From contig JAZUSJ010000081.1 in NCBI GenBank assembly GCA_045606685.1, positions 10,439 to 74,438 on the forward strand: a stretch of 64,000 nucleotides of DNA. Reading direction: 5' to 3'. How positions within the stretch are numbered: the first letter of the stretch is position 1; every line of letters starts with the position of its first letter. Below the pieces are notes generated by a model. It was not told where the DNA came from. It made no database searches and was given only the letters and a program-made list of their open reading frames with translations. A program made the position numbers and the translations under genes. Of this stretch, positions 55,422 to 64,000 are shown piece by piece. The DNA is from Eubacteriales bacterium (lineage in GTDB: Bacteria > Bacillota > Clostridia > Oscillospirales > CAG-272).

Positions 55422-56384
55422 ATGAAATTATCCTTATTTGATACGCACTGCGATACGGCATACGAGTTGTATCACAGAAATCAGGGACTGTGGGAGAATA
55501 CCTGCCACATTTCCCTTTCCAACGCGCAGGATTATGAGAAATACGTGCAGTTATTTGCGATATGGTCCAACCGCAGGCTGGATGATCAGACCTGTTGGGA
55601 GCATTTCTTGCATATTGCCGATAACTTTGATAAGCTTATCCTGGAAGAAAGCGGAAAAATCGCACGAGTTACGAACGCGGATGATTTGCAAGCAACACTC
55701 GCCTCGGGTAAAAGAGCTGCAGTGCTTGCCGTTGAAGACGCTCGCTTGCTGGCCGGTGACATTGACAGGCTTGACGTACTGTACGACAAGGGCGTGCGCT
55801 GCATGACGCTTTTGTGGGGCGGCGAGTCCTGTATTGGTGGCTCGCACGACACTTCTTCTGGCTTGACCGATTTTGGTAAGCTTGTCACGTCCAAGTGCTT
55901 TGAGCTTGGCATCGTGCCTGATATTTCGCATGCATCCGTGCAAAGCGTTGATGACGTGATCGAGATCGCGCATCGGTACAAAAAGCCCTTTATCGCAACA
56001 CATTCCAATTCCTATTCCGCATATGCACACACAAGAAATTTGCGTGACCGACATCTTACAGAGTTGATGGCACTTGGCGGCATTGTTGGAGTGAGCATGT
56101 GCTGCATTCATTTGCGGGATTGTTCACAGCAAAATGCGGGCATTGATGACGTTGTAAGACATATTGACCGATACATGGAGCTGGGTGCGCAGGATCACAT
56201 CTGCTTTGGCTGTGACTTTGACGGCACAGACCTGCCAACAGGCATTATACACGTTGGGGATCTTCAAAAAATTGCAGATCGCCTTACAGCCCTTGGCTAT
56301 AACCAAGAACTGCTTGATAAGCTGTTCTGGCAAAACGCATATACATTTTTCAAAAAGCAACTTTCAACACAATCGGAGACCTAA
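55422..56384 (+). CDS. dipeptidase, peptidase family M19-like
   Basis: LFDTHCDTAYEL...CMTLLWGGESCIGGS...PDISHAS...IATHSNSYS...GCDFDG fits the TIM-barrel renal-dipeptidase pattern. ATG at 55422 after GGAG. Confidence 0.75.
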   Translation: MKLSLFDTHCDTAYELYHRNQGLWENTCHISLSNAQDYEKYVQLFAIWSNRRLDDQTCWEHFLHIADNFDKLILEESGKIARVTNADDLQATLASGKRAAVLAVEDARLLAGDIDRLDVLYDKGVRCMTLLWGGESCIGGSHDTSSGLTDFGKLVTSKCFELGIVPDISHASVQSVDDVIEIAHRYKKPFIATHSNSYSAYAHTRNLRDRHLTELMALGGIVGVSMCCIHLRDCSQQNAGIDDVVRHIDRYMELGAQDHICFGCDFDGTDLPTGIIHVGDLQKIADRLTALGYNQELLDKLFWQNAYTFFKKQLSTQSET

Positions 56385-56386
56385 TT

Positions 56387-57877
56387 ATGAGATTTCAAAG
56401 CACAAGAGATTCAAAACAAGAAAAATTCACGTCTGCACAAGTCATTCGTAAGGGACTTGCCGATGATGGCGGCCTGTTTGTGCCGGATAGCATTCCCTCT
56501 TTGAGTAAAGACGAGATCATCGAGCTTTGCTCCATGGATTACGCACACAGAGCTGCATATATCCTTGGAAAATATCTGACAGACTATACCTACCAAGAGC
56601 TTCTGGAGGATTGTACCAAGGCATACAGCCCCACATCCTTTGTTGGGGGTGCTGCTCCTTTATGTAAAATCGGTGATAACGTATATACGCAAGAGCTGTG
56701 GCACGGCCCTACGGCAGCATTTAAGGACATGGCTTTGCAGATCATGCCCCGACTGCTTTCGCGCGCACTCAAAAAGACAGGCGAAGACCGCAAGGCTTTG
56801 ATTTTGGTTGCAACCTCCGGTGACACGGGAAAGGCTGCGTTGGAAGGCTATCGCGACGTGGATCAGGTATGTATCTCGGTGTTTTATCCCGTCAACGGTG
56901 TCAGCAAGATCCAAAAGCTTCAAATGGTAACCCAGCAGGGCGAAAACGTGAATGTTTGCGCCATTCACGGCAACTTTGACGATGCACAAACAGGCGTCAA
57001 AAAGATCTTTGCAGATACAAATGCTGCAAAAGAGCTCGATCAAAAGGGGTTCTTCCTGTCCAGCGCAAACTCGATCAACTGGGGCAGACTTGCGCCGCAG
57101 ATCGTATACTACGTCTCCGCTTACTGTGATCTGCTCAACAGCGAAGCGCTTTCGGAAGGCCAGTGCTTCAACGTCTGCGTTCCTACGGGAAATTTTGGCA
57201 ATATATTCGCAGCATACCTTGCAAAGCAGATGGGGATTCCGATCGGCAAGCTGATCTGTGCCTCCAACAAGAATAACATCCTGACTGATTTTCTGAATAC
57301 CGGCACATATGACCGCAACCGTCAATTCCATCTGACCATGTCCCCCTCTATGGATATTCTGATCTCCAGCAATCTGGAACGTCTTCTGTACTTTGTTGCA
57401 GGTGCTGATCAGACGAGAGAATATATGGAATCACTTTCAAAGAACGGTGCATATACTGTCAGCAATGCAGTCAAATCCCGTATTGACAATGATTTTTGCG
57501 GATTTTTTGCTGATGAAGAAAAAACAGCACAAACCATTCGCAAGTATCAGGAAAGCGGCTATTTGATGGATACACACACAGCTGTTGGCGTTTGCTGTGC
57601 CGAACAGTACATGCAAAACAGCGGTGATACCGTAACACCTCTTGTAGTCGCATCCACTGCGAGCCCCTATAAATTTGCTGCAGACGTATACGCCTCTTTG
57701 GGTAAGAACGCCCCCGAGGATCCTTTGCAGTCGCAGGCATTGCTGTCTGAATATACCGGCACGCAGATCCCCTATCCGCTTGTCGGTCTCGGTGAACGTC
57801 AGATTCGATTTGACAGAACCGTTGATGCGCAGGATATTCTTGCAGAGGTATTCCGATTCGCCGACACACAAAACTAA
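56387..57877 (+). CDS. thrC: threonine synthase (long form)
   Basis: FQSTR...LWHGPTAAFKDMALQ (PLP Lys)...ATSGDTGKAA...VPTGNFGN. Confidence 0.95.
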   Translation: MRFQSTRDSKQEKFTSAQVIRKGLADDGGLFVPDSIPSLSKDEIIELCSMDYAHRAAYILGKYLTDYTYQELLEDCTKAYSPTSFVGGAAPLCKIGDNVYTQELWHGPTAAFKDMALQIMPRLLSRALKKTGEDRKALILVATSGDTGKAALEGYRDVDQVCISVFYPVNGVSKIQKLQMVTQQGENVNVCAIHGNFDDAQTGVKKIFADTNAAKELDQKGFFLSSANSINWGRLAPQIVYYVSAYCDLLNSEALSEGQCFNVCVPTGNFGNIFAAYLAKQMGIPIGKLICASNKNNILTDFLNTGTYDRNRQFHLTMSPSMDILISSNLERLLYFVAGADQTREYMESLSKNGAYTVSNAVKSRIDNDFCGFFADEEKTAQTIRKYQESGYLMDTHTAVGVCCAEQYMQNSGDTVTPLVVASTASPYKFAADVYASLGKNAPEDPLQSQALLSEYTGTQIPYPLVGLGERQIRFDRTVDAQDILAEVFRFADTQN

Positions 57878-57884
57878 AAATAAA

Positions 57885-57911
57885 CGGACATCGGCCAATG
57901 GCCGATGTCCG
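57885..57911. terminator. terminator hairpin shared by convergent thrC and the DUF1540 gene
   Basis: 12-bp perfect stem CGGACATCGGCC-AAT-GGCCGATGTCCG. The U-tract is on the minus-strand side (TTTATTTTT). Confidence 0.7.
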
Positions 57912-57919
57912 AATAAGGG

Positions 57920-58108
57920 TTACAGCTTGTTGTGATCCTGCTTAAAGGTTGAACAGATCGTGTCTGTAGAAGTTGTCGCGTGAGAAGGGCCGATCGCAAT
58001 TTCACCTGCTGTACAGTAGCAGTCACCATCGTGATATACGCAATTCATAACGTCGCATTTGACGTCTTTGATGTGCTTTTCACATCCGCATCCGCGTTTA
58101 TTATCCAT
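57920..58108 (-). CDS. DUF1540-domain protein (small Cys-rich, sporulation-associated family)
   Basis: 62 aa: MDNKRGCGCEKHIKDVKCDVMNCVYHDGDCYCTAGEIAIG. RBS AAAGGAGA before the ATG at 58108. Confidence 0.75.
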   Translation of the reverse strand: MDNKRGCGCEKHIKDVKCDVMNCVYHDGDCYCTAGEIAIGPSHATTSTDTICSTFKQDHNKL

Positions 58109-58188
58109 CTTAGTATCTCCTTTTGTCAATCTGACAATAGTAGTATGCTGCAAAATAAGAACTTTATTCTGAGAGAAAGGAGTCCAAC

Positions 58189-58914
58189 ATGGCAATTTAT
58201 ACCATTGCAGATCTGCATCTGTCCATCAATGATCAAACCAATAAATCCATGGAGGTCTTCGGCTCTCGTTGGAACGGGTACGTGGAAAAGCTGGAGTATC
58301 ATTGGAGAAATACAATTGGAGAGCAGGATACCGTCATCATTCCGGGAGATATTTCCTGGGCTTTGACATTGGAGGAGGCTACGCAGGATTTATGTTTTTT
58401 GAATTCCCTGCCGGGCAAAAAATTGATTGGAAAAGGAAATCATGATTTTTGGTGGTCAACCGCAACAAAGCTACACGCTTTTTTTGCTGAAAACCACATT
58501 GATACCATATTGCTGCTGCATAACAATGCTCACTTGGTTGAAAACAAAATCATTTGCGGCACCAGAGGCTGGTTTACCGATGACAGCCAGCAACAAACCG
58601 TTTCTCAAACCGATTATACAAAGATCGTTAACCGTGAGGTCATCAGATTGGAATTAAGCCTGCAGCAAGGACTCAAGCTTCAAAGCAGTGAAGATCCCGA
58701 GGAGCTGCTTGTATTTCTGCATTTTCCACCGATCTGGGGCAACTTTGTCTGTCCGGAGATCATTGCAACGCTGCAGAAATACAGTGTCAAAAACTGTTAT
58801 TTCGGACACATACACGGAGGCTATCATCTTCCGAGCGTGCTCTACTATGACGATCTGCGTTTTGTCAGAATATCCGCAGATCACCTTTCTTTTGTCCCTT
58901 ACCCAATAAAATAA
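58189..58914 (+). CDS. metallophosphoesterase family protein
   Basis: IADLHLS (DxH), PGDISW (GD), GKGNHDFWW (GNHD), FGHIHG (GHxH). Confidence 0.85.
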   Translation: MAIYTIADLHLSINDQTNKSMEVFGSRWNGYVEKLEYHWRNTIGEQDTVIIPGDISWALTLEEATQDLCFLNSLPGKKLIGKGNHDFWWSTATKLHAFFAENHIDTILLLHNNAHLVENKIICGTRGWFTDDSQQQTVSQTDYTKIVNREVIRLELSLQQGLKLQSSEDPEELLVFLHFPPIWGNFVCPEIIATLQKYSVKNCYFGHIHGGYHLPSVLYYDDLRFVRISADHLSFVPYPIK

Positions 58915-58945
58915 CATATTTTCCCCGGTAAAATTATGATTTCTA

Positions 58946-58974
58946 TTGACAAATCAAAGGAAATTGTGTAAAAT
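58946..58974 (+). promoter_or_regulatory. sigma-A promoter for tig (TTGACA-17-TAAAAT)
   Basis: TTGACA at 58946-58951, a 17-nt spacer, TAAAAT at 58969-58974. Confidence 0.55.
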
Positions 58975-59029
58975 TAATAGGTTGTGAAAATTAAAAAATA
59001 AAAATAAATCAAAATTTTGGAGGATCAAA

Positions 59030-60316
59030 ATGAATCTTGTAAAATCTGAAAAGAACGAAAAAAGCATGCACTATCTTGAGTTCGCCATTGATAAGGCTAC
59101 TTTTGATGAGGCTGTTGAAAAGACTTACCGTAAGCAGGTAAAGAACATTAACGTACCCGGCTTCCGCAAGGGTAAGGCTCCCAAGTCCGTGATCGAAAAG
59201 ATGTACGGTGCAGGCGTATTCTATGAGGATGCGATCAACGCGCTCATTCCCGAAAACTACGAGGCTGCTGTCAAAGAAGCCGGTATCACCCCCGTAGCAC
59301 AGCCTGAGATCGATGTCGTTTCTCTTGACGACAACGGTCTTGTACTGTCTGCAAAGGTTGCTGTTAAGCCCGAGATGCAGATCAAGGACTATAAGGGTAT
59401 CGAAGCTGAAAAGAATGCGGCAGTTGCAACCGATGAGCAGGTTGACCGTGAGATCGAAATGCTTCGTGAGAGAAATTCCCGCGAGATCGAAATTACTGAC
59501 GAGGCTGCTCAGATGGGTGACATCGTCAAGATCGATTTTGACGGTTCTGTTGACGGCGTTGCTTTTGACGGCGGTAAGGGTACCGATTATTCTCTGAAGC
59601 TTGGCTCCGGTTCCTTCATCCCCGGATTTGAGGAACAGATTGCCGGTCATGTAATCGGTGATGAATTTGACGTAAACGTTACATTCCCCGAAGATTACCA
59701 CGCTGCAGAGCTTGCAGGCAAGGCTTCCGTATTCAAGACCAAGGTCAACGCAATTACCCGCATTGAGCTTCCCGAGCTTGACGACGAATTTGCAAAGGAT
59801 GCATCTGAATTTGATACCATTGATGAATTAAAGGCTGATATCAAGGCAAAAATTCAGGAGAGACTGAATGTACAGGCTGAAAACGAGTATGAAGAGAAAC
59901 TGATCGAGGCTCTGATCGAAAAACTCGAGGGCGATATTCCCGAGGCTATGTTCGTCAATGAAACCGAGAACTTCGTTCGTGATTTCGACAACAGACTCCG
60001 CAGCCAGGGTATGGACATGAACCTGTATCTCAAGTATACCGGTATGACTCTGGACGCTCTGCGTGAGCAGATGAGACCTCAGGCTGAGCGTCAGGTCAAG
60101 GCAAGACTTGCTCTTGAATCCGTCGCTTCCATCGAAGGCGCAGTCGCTACCGAGGAAGAGATCAATGCTGAGTACCAGAGAATTGCTGATGCTTACCATC
60201 TTGAGGTTGAGCAGGTCAAGTCCATGCTTGATGATGCTTCCATCATCGCTGATATTCAGGTCAAGAAGGCAATGGATATCGTAAAGGAATCCGCTGTTGT
60301 AAAGTCCGCTGAATAA
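59030..60316 (+). CDS. tig: trigger factor
   Basis: VPGFRKGKAPKSVIEKMYG (ribosome-binding signature), a central FKBP-type PPIase segment (GDIVKIDFDGSVDGVAFDGG...FIPGFEEQI). 428 aa. Confidence 0.96.
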   Translation: MNLVKSEKNEKSMHYLEFAIDKATFDEAVEKTYRKQVKNINVPGFRKGKAPKSVIEKMYGAGVFYEDAINALIPENYEAAVKEAGITPVAQPEIDVVSLDDNGLVLSAKVAVKPEMQIKDYKGIEAEKNAAVATDEQVDREIEMLRERNSREIEITDEAAQMGDIVKIDFDGSVDGVAFDGGKGTDYSLKLGSGSFIPGFEEQIAGHVIGDEFDVNVTFPEDYHAAELAGKASVFKTKVNAITRIELPELDDEFAKDASEFDTIDELKADIKAKIQERLNVQAENEYEEKLIEALIEKLEGDIPEAMFVNETENFVRDFDNRLRSQGMDMNLYLKYTGMTLDALREQMRPQAERQVKARLALESVASIEGAVATEEEINAEYQRIADAYHLEVEQVKSMLDDASIIADIQVKKAMDIVKESAVVKSAE

Positions 60317-60353
60317 TTCGCATATCCACTATTATTGAAACGAGGTAAAAAAG

Positions 60354-60971
60354 ATGTATTATCCGCAATATCCGAGAGACGCCCTTGTCCCGACCGTCAT
60401 TGAACAAACCGGCAGAGGTGAGCGAGCTTATGATATTTTCTCTCGCCTGCTTGGTGACCGTATCATTTTCCTGTCTGATGAGGTCAATGATGCAACCGCT
60501 TCTCTGGTCGTTGCACAGATGCTCTTCCTCGAATCGCAGGACCCCGACAAGGATATTTATTTCTACATTAATAGCCCCGGCGGTTCTGTGACTGCAGGTA
60601 TGGCTATCTACGACACCATGAATTTTATCCGCTGTGACGTTTCTACCATTTGTATCGGTCTTGCTGCAAGCATGGGTGCATTCCTGCTTTCCGCAGGCAC
60701 TAAGGGCAAGAGAATTGCCCTGCCTCATAGTGAGATCATGATCCATCAGCCCAGCGGCGGCGCAAGAGGCCAGGCCAGCGATATCAAGATCCAGGCGGAT
60801 CTGATCCTTCGCACGCGCAAGACCTTGAATGAGCTGCTCGCCCAGCATACCGGCCAATCGGTCAAGCAGATCGAAAAGGACACCGAAAGAGATCATTTCA
60901 TGACCGCAGAAGAAGCATTGGCATACGGCATCGTTGACCAGGTCAAGGCATTCCGCGGCGAGATCAAGTGA
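60354..60971 (+). CDS. clpP: ATP-dependent Clp protease proteolytic subunit
   Basis: [22 protein letters not shown]...[11 protein letters not shown]...[11 protein letters not shown] (Ser)...MIHQP (His)...ERD. Confidence 0.97.
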   Translation: MYYPQYPRDALVPTVIEQTGRGERAYDIFSRLLGDRIIFLSDEVNDATASLVVAQMLFLESQDPDKDIYFYINSPGGSVTAGMAIYDTMNFIRCDVSTICIGLAASMGAFLLSAGTKGKRIALPHSEIMIHQPSGGARGQASDIKIQADLILRTRKTLNELLAQHTGQSVKQIEKDTERDHFMTAEEALAYGIVDQVKAFRGEIK

Positions 60972-60981
60972 GGTAGATCGC

Positions 60982-62328
60982 ATGGCCAACACCCATAACG
61001 GTTCCCGCAAAGGCGGCAATGGGGATGTTCCCTTTTGCAGCTTTTGCGGCAGACATGAAAGTCAGGTCAATTTTTTGATCTCTTCCCCTACGGGCGCTTA
61101 TATTTGTGACTATTGCGTGGAGGCTTGCAGTGAATCGATTGAGCACACCATGGCTCCTACCATTGATCTTGCCAAGCTTTCCATGGACACCTTGCCCAAG
61201 CCAATGGATATCAAGAAAGCACTTGATGAATATGTAATCGGTCAGGATCAAGCCAAGATCGCTCTGTCTGTATCAGTTTACAATCACTATAAACGCGTGC
61301 TGTCCAAAAATGCCAAGCCTAAGGGACGCAGAAAAAAGGCACAGTCCGAACAGGATGATGTCGAGCTGCAAAAAAGCAACGTGCTTCTGATCGGCCCCAC
61401 CGGTGTCGGCAAAACGTATCTTGCTCAGACGCTCGCAAAAACGCTTCAGGTTCCTTTTGCCATTGCCGATGCTACGACATTGACCGAAGCCGGTTACGTT
61501 GGCGAGGATGTGGAAAACATTTTGCTTCGATTGATCCAGGCGGCTGATTATGATGTGGATCTTGCCGAACACGGTATCATTTATATCGACGAGATCGATA
61601 AGATCTCCCGCAAGAGCGAAAACAGATCTATTACGCGCGATGTTTCCGGTGAAGGTGTGCAGCAGGCGCTTCTCAAGATCCTGGAAGGTACTGTTGCTAA
61701 CGTTCCCCCTCAAGGCGGTCGTAAGCATCCTAATCAGGAATTCATCAAGATCAATACGGAAAACATTCTGTTTATCTGCGGCGGTGCATTTGACGGTCTT
61801 GAAGGCATCATTGAAAAAAGAAAAGGCAATCAAGCCATTGGCTTCTGCGCTGAGATCCAGACAAAGTCGCAAAGACGCGACAGCGGCGTTTACCGCGATG
61901 TCACGCCCCATGATATTGTCAAGTACGGTTTGATCCCTGAGCTGATCGGCAGACTTCCCGTTATTGTATCACTCAACGATCTGGATAAGGATGCTCTGCT
62001 GAGAATCATCAAGGAGCCCAAATCTGCTTTGCTCAAGCAGTATATCAAGCTGTTTGATATGGACAACGTCAAGCTGACACTGACTGATGACGCGCTTGAA
62101 GCTGTTGCTGAGCTTGCTATCAAGCGTAATACGGGTGCCCGCGGTCTGCGTTCCATCATGGAAGGCATCATGATGCAAACCATGTTTGAGATTCCCTCTC
62201 GCGATGACGTTACCGAGGTCATTATTCACCGGGATTGCATTGAGCAAGGTGCTTTACCCGAGCTGGTGATTCGTACGGAACAGTTGCCTCAAGGCAATGA
62301 TCAGATTCTAATTGACTTTGAGAATTAA
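60982..62328 (+). CDS. clpX: ATP-dependent Clp protease ATP-binding subunit ClpX
   Basis: Zinc ribbon [57 protein letters not shown] (IGF-type loop), TGARGLRSI. Confidence 0.97.
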   Translation: MANTHNGSRKGGNGDVPFCSFCGRHESQVNFLISSPTGAYICDYCVEACSESIEHTMAPTIDLAKLSMDTLPKPMDIKKALDEYVIGQDQAKIALSVSVYNHYKRVLSKNAKPKGRRKKAQSEQDDVELQKSNVLLIGPTGVGKTYLAQTLAKTLQVPFAIADATTLTEAGYVGEDVENILLRLIQAADYDVDLAEHGIIYIDEIDKISRKSENRSITRDVSGEGVQQALLKILEGTVANVPPQGGRKHPNQEFIKINTENILFICGGAFDGLEGIIEKRKGNQAIGFCAEIQTKSQRRDSGVYRDVTPHDIVKYGLIPELIGRLPVIVSLNDLDKDALLRIIKEPKSALLKQYIKLFDMDNVKLTLTDDALEAVAELAIKRNTGARGLRSIMEGIMMQTMFEIPSRDDVTEVIIHRDCIEQGALPELVIRTEQLPQGNDQILIDFEN

Positions 62329-62334
62329 TAGCAA

Positions 62335-62378
62335 AAATGACTTATTGCTTACCTTGCAATGAGTCATTTTGTTTTTTG
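62335..62378 (+). terminator. rho-independent terminator after clpX
   Basis: AAATGACTTATTGC...GCAATGAGTCATTT (one mismatch) followed by TTGTTTTTT. Confidence 0.7.
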
Positions 62379-62403
62379 TGCTATGGGTGATGTATATTTT
62401 GCT

Positions 62404-62432
62404 TTGACAAAACCATCATTTTAATGTATAAT
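62404..62432 (+). promoter_or_regulatory. consensus sigma-A promoter (TTGACA-17-TATAAT) for the AraC-family gene
   Basis: TTGACA at 62404-62409, a 17-nt spacer, TATAAT at 62427-62432. Confidence 0.6.
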
Positions 62433-62467
62433 ATACTTGGGGGGAATAGTAGATTACGAGGTGAATT

Positions 62468-63313
62468 ATGAAGTACCAACCCAACCTTGTCATGCTTTCC
62501 GATGAATTAAAGCCTTCTGCGCAAATGATGACTGTCGTACTGTTGCGTACCGAATCATTACATTTGACGTCAGGCCAAACACAGTTGTATTTAAGCGGTC
62601 ATTTTGCGCTATGCTTGGGCCCGGATGAATCAATCCGCATAGGAAAAGGCGACTATGATGCAAGATCATTCGCCTTTAGTCCGTATTTTTACAACGTGAA
62701 TCTCAATTATGATATGATTCATGCATCGGATTACGCAGTACTTTGCAAAAGACATGACTTCCCTGATTTCCATTTGTTCTTAGAGAGAAACAGCAACTAT
62801 TTTGGCGTTATTCCATTGTCAGCTGACGGTTATGACTGTATGAATGATTATTATACCAGGATCGACCGATTTATAAAAAATCACAATTCTGATCTTATGT
62901 GGTCGTGTCACGTGCGATCGCAACTGATCTCAGTATTATATTTTTTAGAAAGTGCATATCTTGGAAATGATGAAAAAGAGGTCAGCGGGATTATACGGTA
63001 TATCCGAGAACACGTTGCTTCTCCCTTGAATCTGAAACAATTATGTCAGACCTTTCGTACAAATCGAACCACGCTGACAAAACAGTTCAAAGAATTGACA
63101 GGGCTGACACCTATGCAATTTGTTCTGGAGGAACGACTCAATCAAACGCGCTCGGAGCTGCTATTTACCGGATTGCCCATTGGCGAGATCGCGCTGAAAT
63201 ACGGTTTTTCAGATGCCAATTACTATATTCGTGCTTTCAAACGCAGATACGGAAAATCTCCTTTGCAATACAGAAAAGAATGCAGAGAAAAACGCGCAGA
63301 ACTGCAAAAATGA
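62468..63313 (+). CDS. AraC-family transcriptional regulator
   Basis: C-terminal double HTH: LNLKQLCQTFRTNRTTLTKQFKELTGLTPMQFVLEERLNQTRSELLFTGLPIGEIALKYGFSDANYYIRAFKRRYGKSPLQYR. Confidence 0.9.
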   Translation: MKYQPNLVMLSDELKPSAQMMTVVLLRTESLHLTSGQTQLYLSGHFALCLGPDESIRIGKGDYDARSFAFSPYFYNVNLNYDMIHASDYAVLCKRHDFPDFHLFLERNSNYFGVIPLSADGYDCMNDYYTRIDRFIKNHNSDLMWSCHVRSQLISVLYFLESAYLGNDEKEVSGIIRYIREHVASPLNLKQLCQTFRTNRTTLTKQFKELTGLTPMQFVLEERLNQTRSELLFTGLPIGEIALKYGFSDANYYIRAFKRRYGKSPLQYRKECREKRAELQK

Positions 63314-63347
63314 AGGATCCGCACCATTGGTGCGGATCCTTTGCTTT
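63313..63347. terminator. bidirectional terminator
   Basis: 13-bp stem AAGGATCCGCACC-ATT-GGTGCGGATCCTT followed by TGCTTT. Confidence 0.75.
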
Positions 63348-64000
63348 ATGAGCAACCGCAGTTCCCTGCACGATCTCCCTTGAGCTCACCGCAATATCCG
63401 GGCGGACAAAACTCCGCAGTCGGAAACGGCATATGTCTGAAGACACTGCAAGGATCAGAGGAATCATTGCTGACGCATTCCTTATCCGGAACACAGAATT
63501 CTGTTGCATGGATCAAATACTGTGCAGGTCTCACCAGGCGAATGACCGAGAAAAGGCCAAAGGATACCGCAAGGAATCTGCGATAATCCTCGTCATGCCC
63601 CATCGATTGCGCAAGATCATCACAGACACCGTCCGGAATATCGCAAGCACAGCAACAGCAGTTACAGCAATCCTGTACTTGTTCAACCACCTTAATCCCC
63701 AGCACAATGGGATCTACAACCTCAATGATGGCTTCAGGAACGTTCTTTTCACCGCAAACGGGAACGGGACGGGCACAGAAATCATTGTTGCACTTTCCGG
63801 ATTTGAAAATACTGACGTTGCTTTCGCTGCCATACAGAACAACGCTCTTTTCAAGCACCGCAATACCTTGGAATTCCTGCGTTCTCGCGTTGATACAAGC
63901 TTCAAAGGCAAGCTTGATATAGAAGCGAATGGTTACAGTATAAAAGCCGCGGTTAAACTGTACAGGCTCAATATTGATGTGCGTCCAGGCAATATCCGCG
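63346..64000 (-). CDS. cysteine-cluster protein of unknown function (5' end beyond window edge)
   Basis: The minus-strand frame stays open upstream of the ORF-track GVG-coded start at 63858 (a GTG) through to nt 63997 (...ADIAWTHINIEPVQFNRGFYTVTIRFYIKLAFEACINARTQEFQGIA...). It contains DCCNCCCCACDIPDGVCDD and a Cys-rich C-terminus, FCPPGYCGELKGDRAGNCGCS. Confidence 0.65.
   Translation of the reverse strand, partial: ADIAWTHINIEPVQFNRGFYTVTIRFYIKLAFEACINARTQEFQGIAVLEKSVVLYGSESNVSIFKSGKCNNDFCARPVPVCGEKNVPEAIIEVVDPIVLGIKVVEQVQDCCNCCCCACDIPDGVCDDLAQSMGHDEDYRRFLAVSFGLFSVIRLVRPAQYLIHATEFCVPDKECVSNDSSDPCSVFRHMPFPTAEFCPPGYCGELKGDRAGNCGCS

Overview
This is a 64-kb chromosomal segment from a spore-forming Firmicute of the Clostridia type. 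The evidence is PolC, spoIIID, ylmC/ymxH, a pdaA-like deacetylase and a DUF1540 protein. Most of the window is core housekeeping sequence: ruvB-ruvA, yfhO-DUF951 and a divergent ruvC; ecfA1-ecfA2-ecfT-truA; a ClpE-type Clp ATPase; the conserved rpsB-tsf-pyrH-frr-uppS-cdsA-dxr-rseP-ispG-polC block; argG-argH; lepB-rbgA-rnhB-yraN; thrC; and tig-clpP-clpX. I saw no rRNA, tRNA, CRISPR array, transposase, integrase or recognisable defence gene. Four parts look accessory. (i) The left 7.6 kb holds three tandem paralogues of an uncharacterised secreted protein, a 200-bp array of a 9-mer interleaved with mini-hairpins, a related lipoprotein and an XRE/TPR-like regulator. (ii) At 37-42.5 kb a GH2 glycosidase is appended directly to polC, followed by a second XRE/TPR-like regulator and a VTC-domain + DUF4956 pair. 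(iii) A partial cysteine-cluster protein lies at the right edge. The observations I rate highest are these. (a) All three paralogues share a C-terminal Gly-Cys / hydrophobic helix / poly-Lys tail with the layout of a processed sorting signal. (b) A single ORF fuses an ApgM-family (proposed homoserine kinase) enzyme to a complete signal peptidase I. (c) A P-type ATPase homologue has its catalytic motifs (DKTGT, TGES, GDGxND) degenerate. (d) The AGTGATATT/hairpin array. All functional calls rest on reading the translations by eye; no database search was run.
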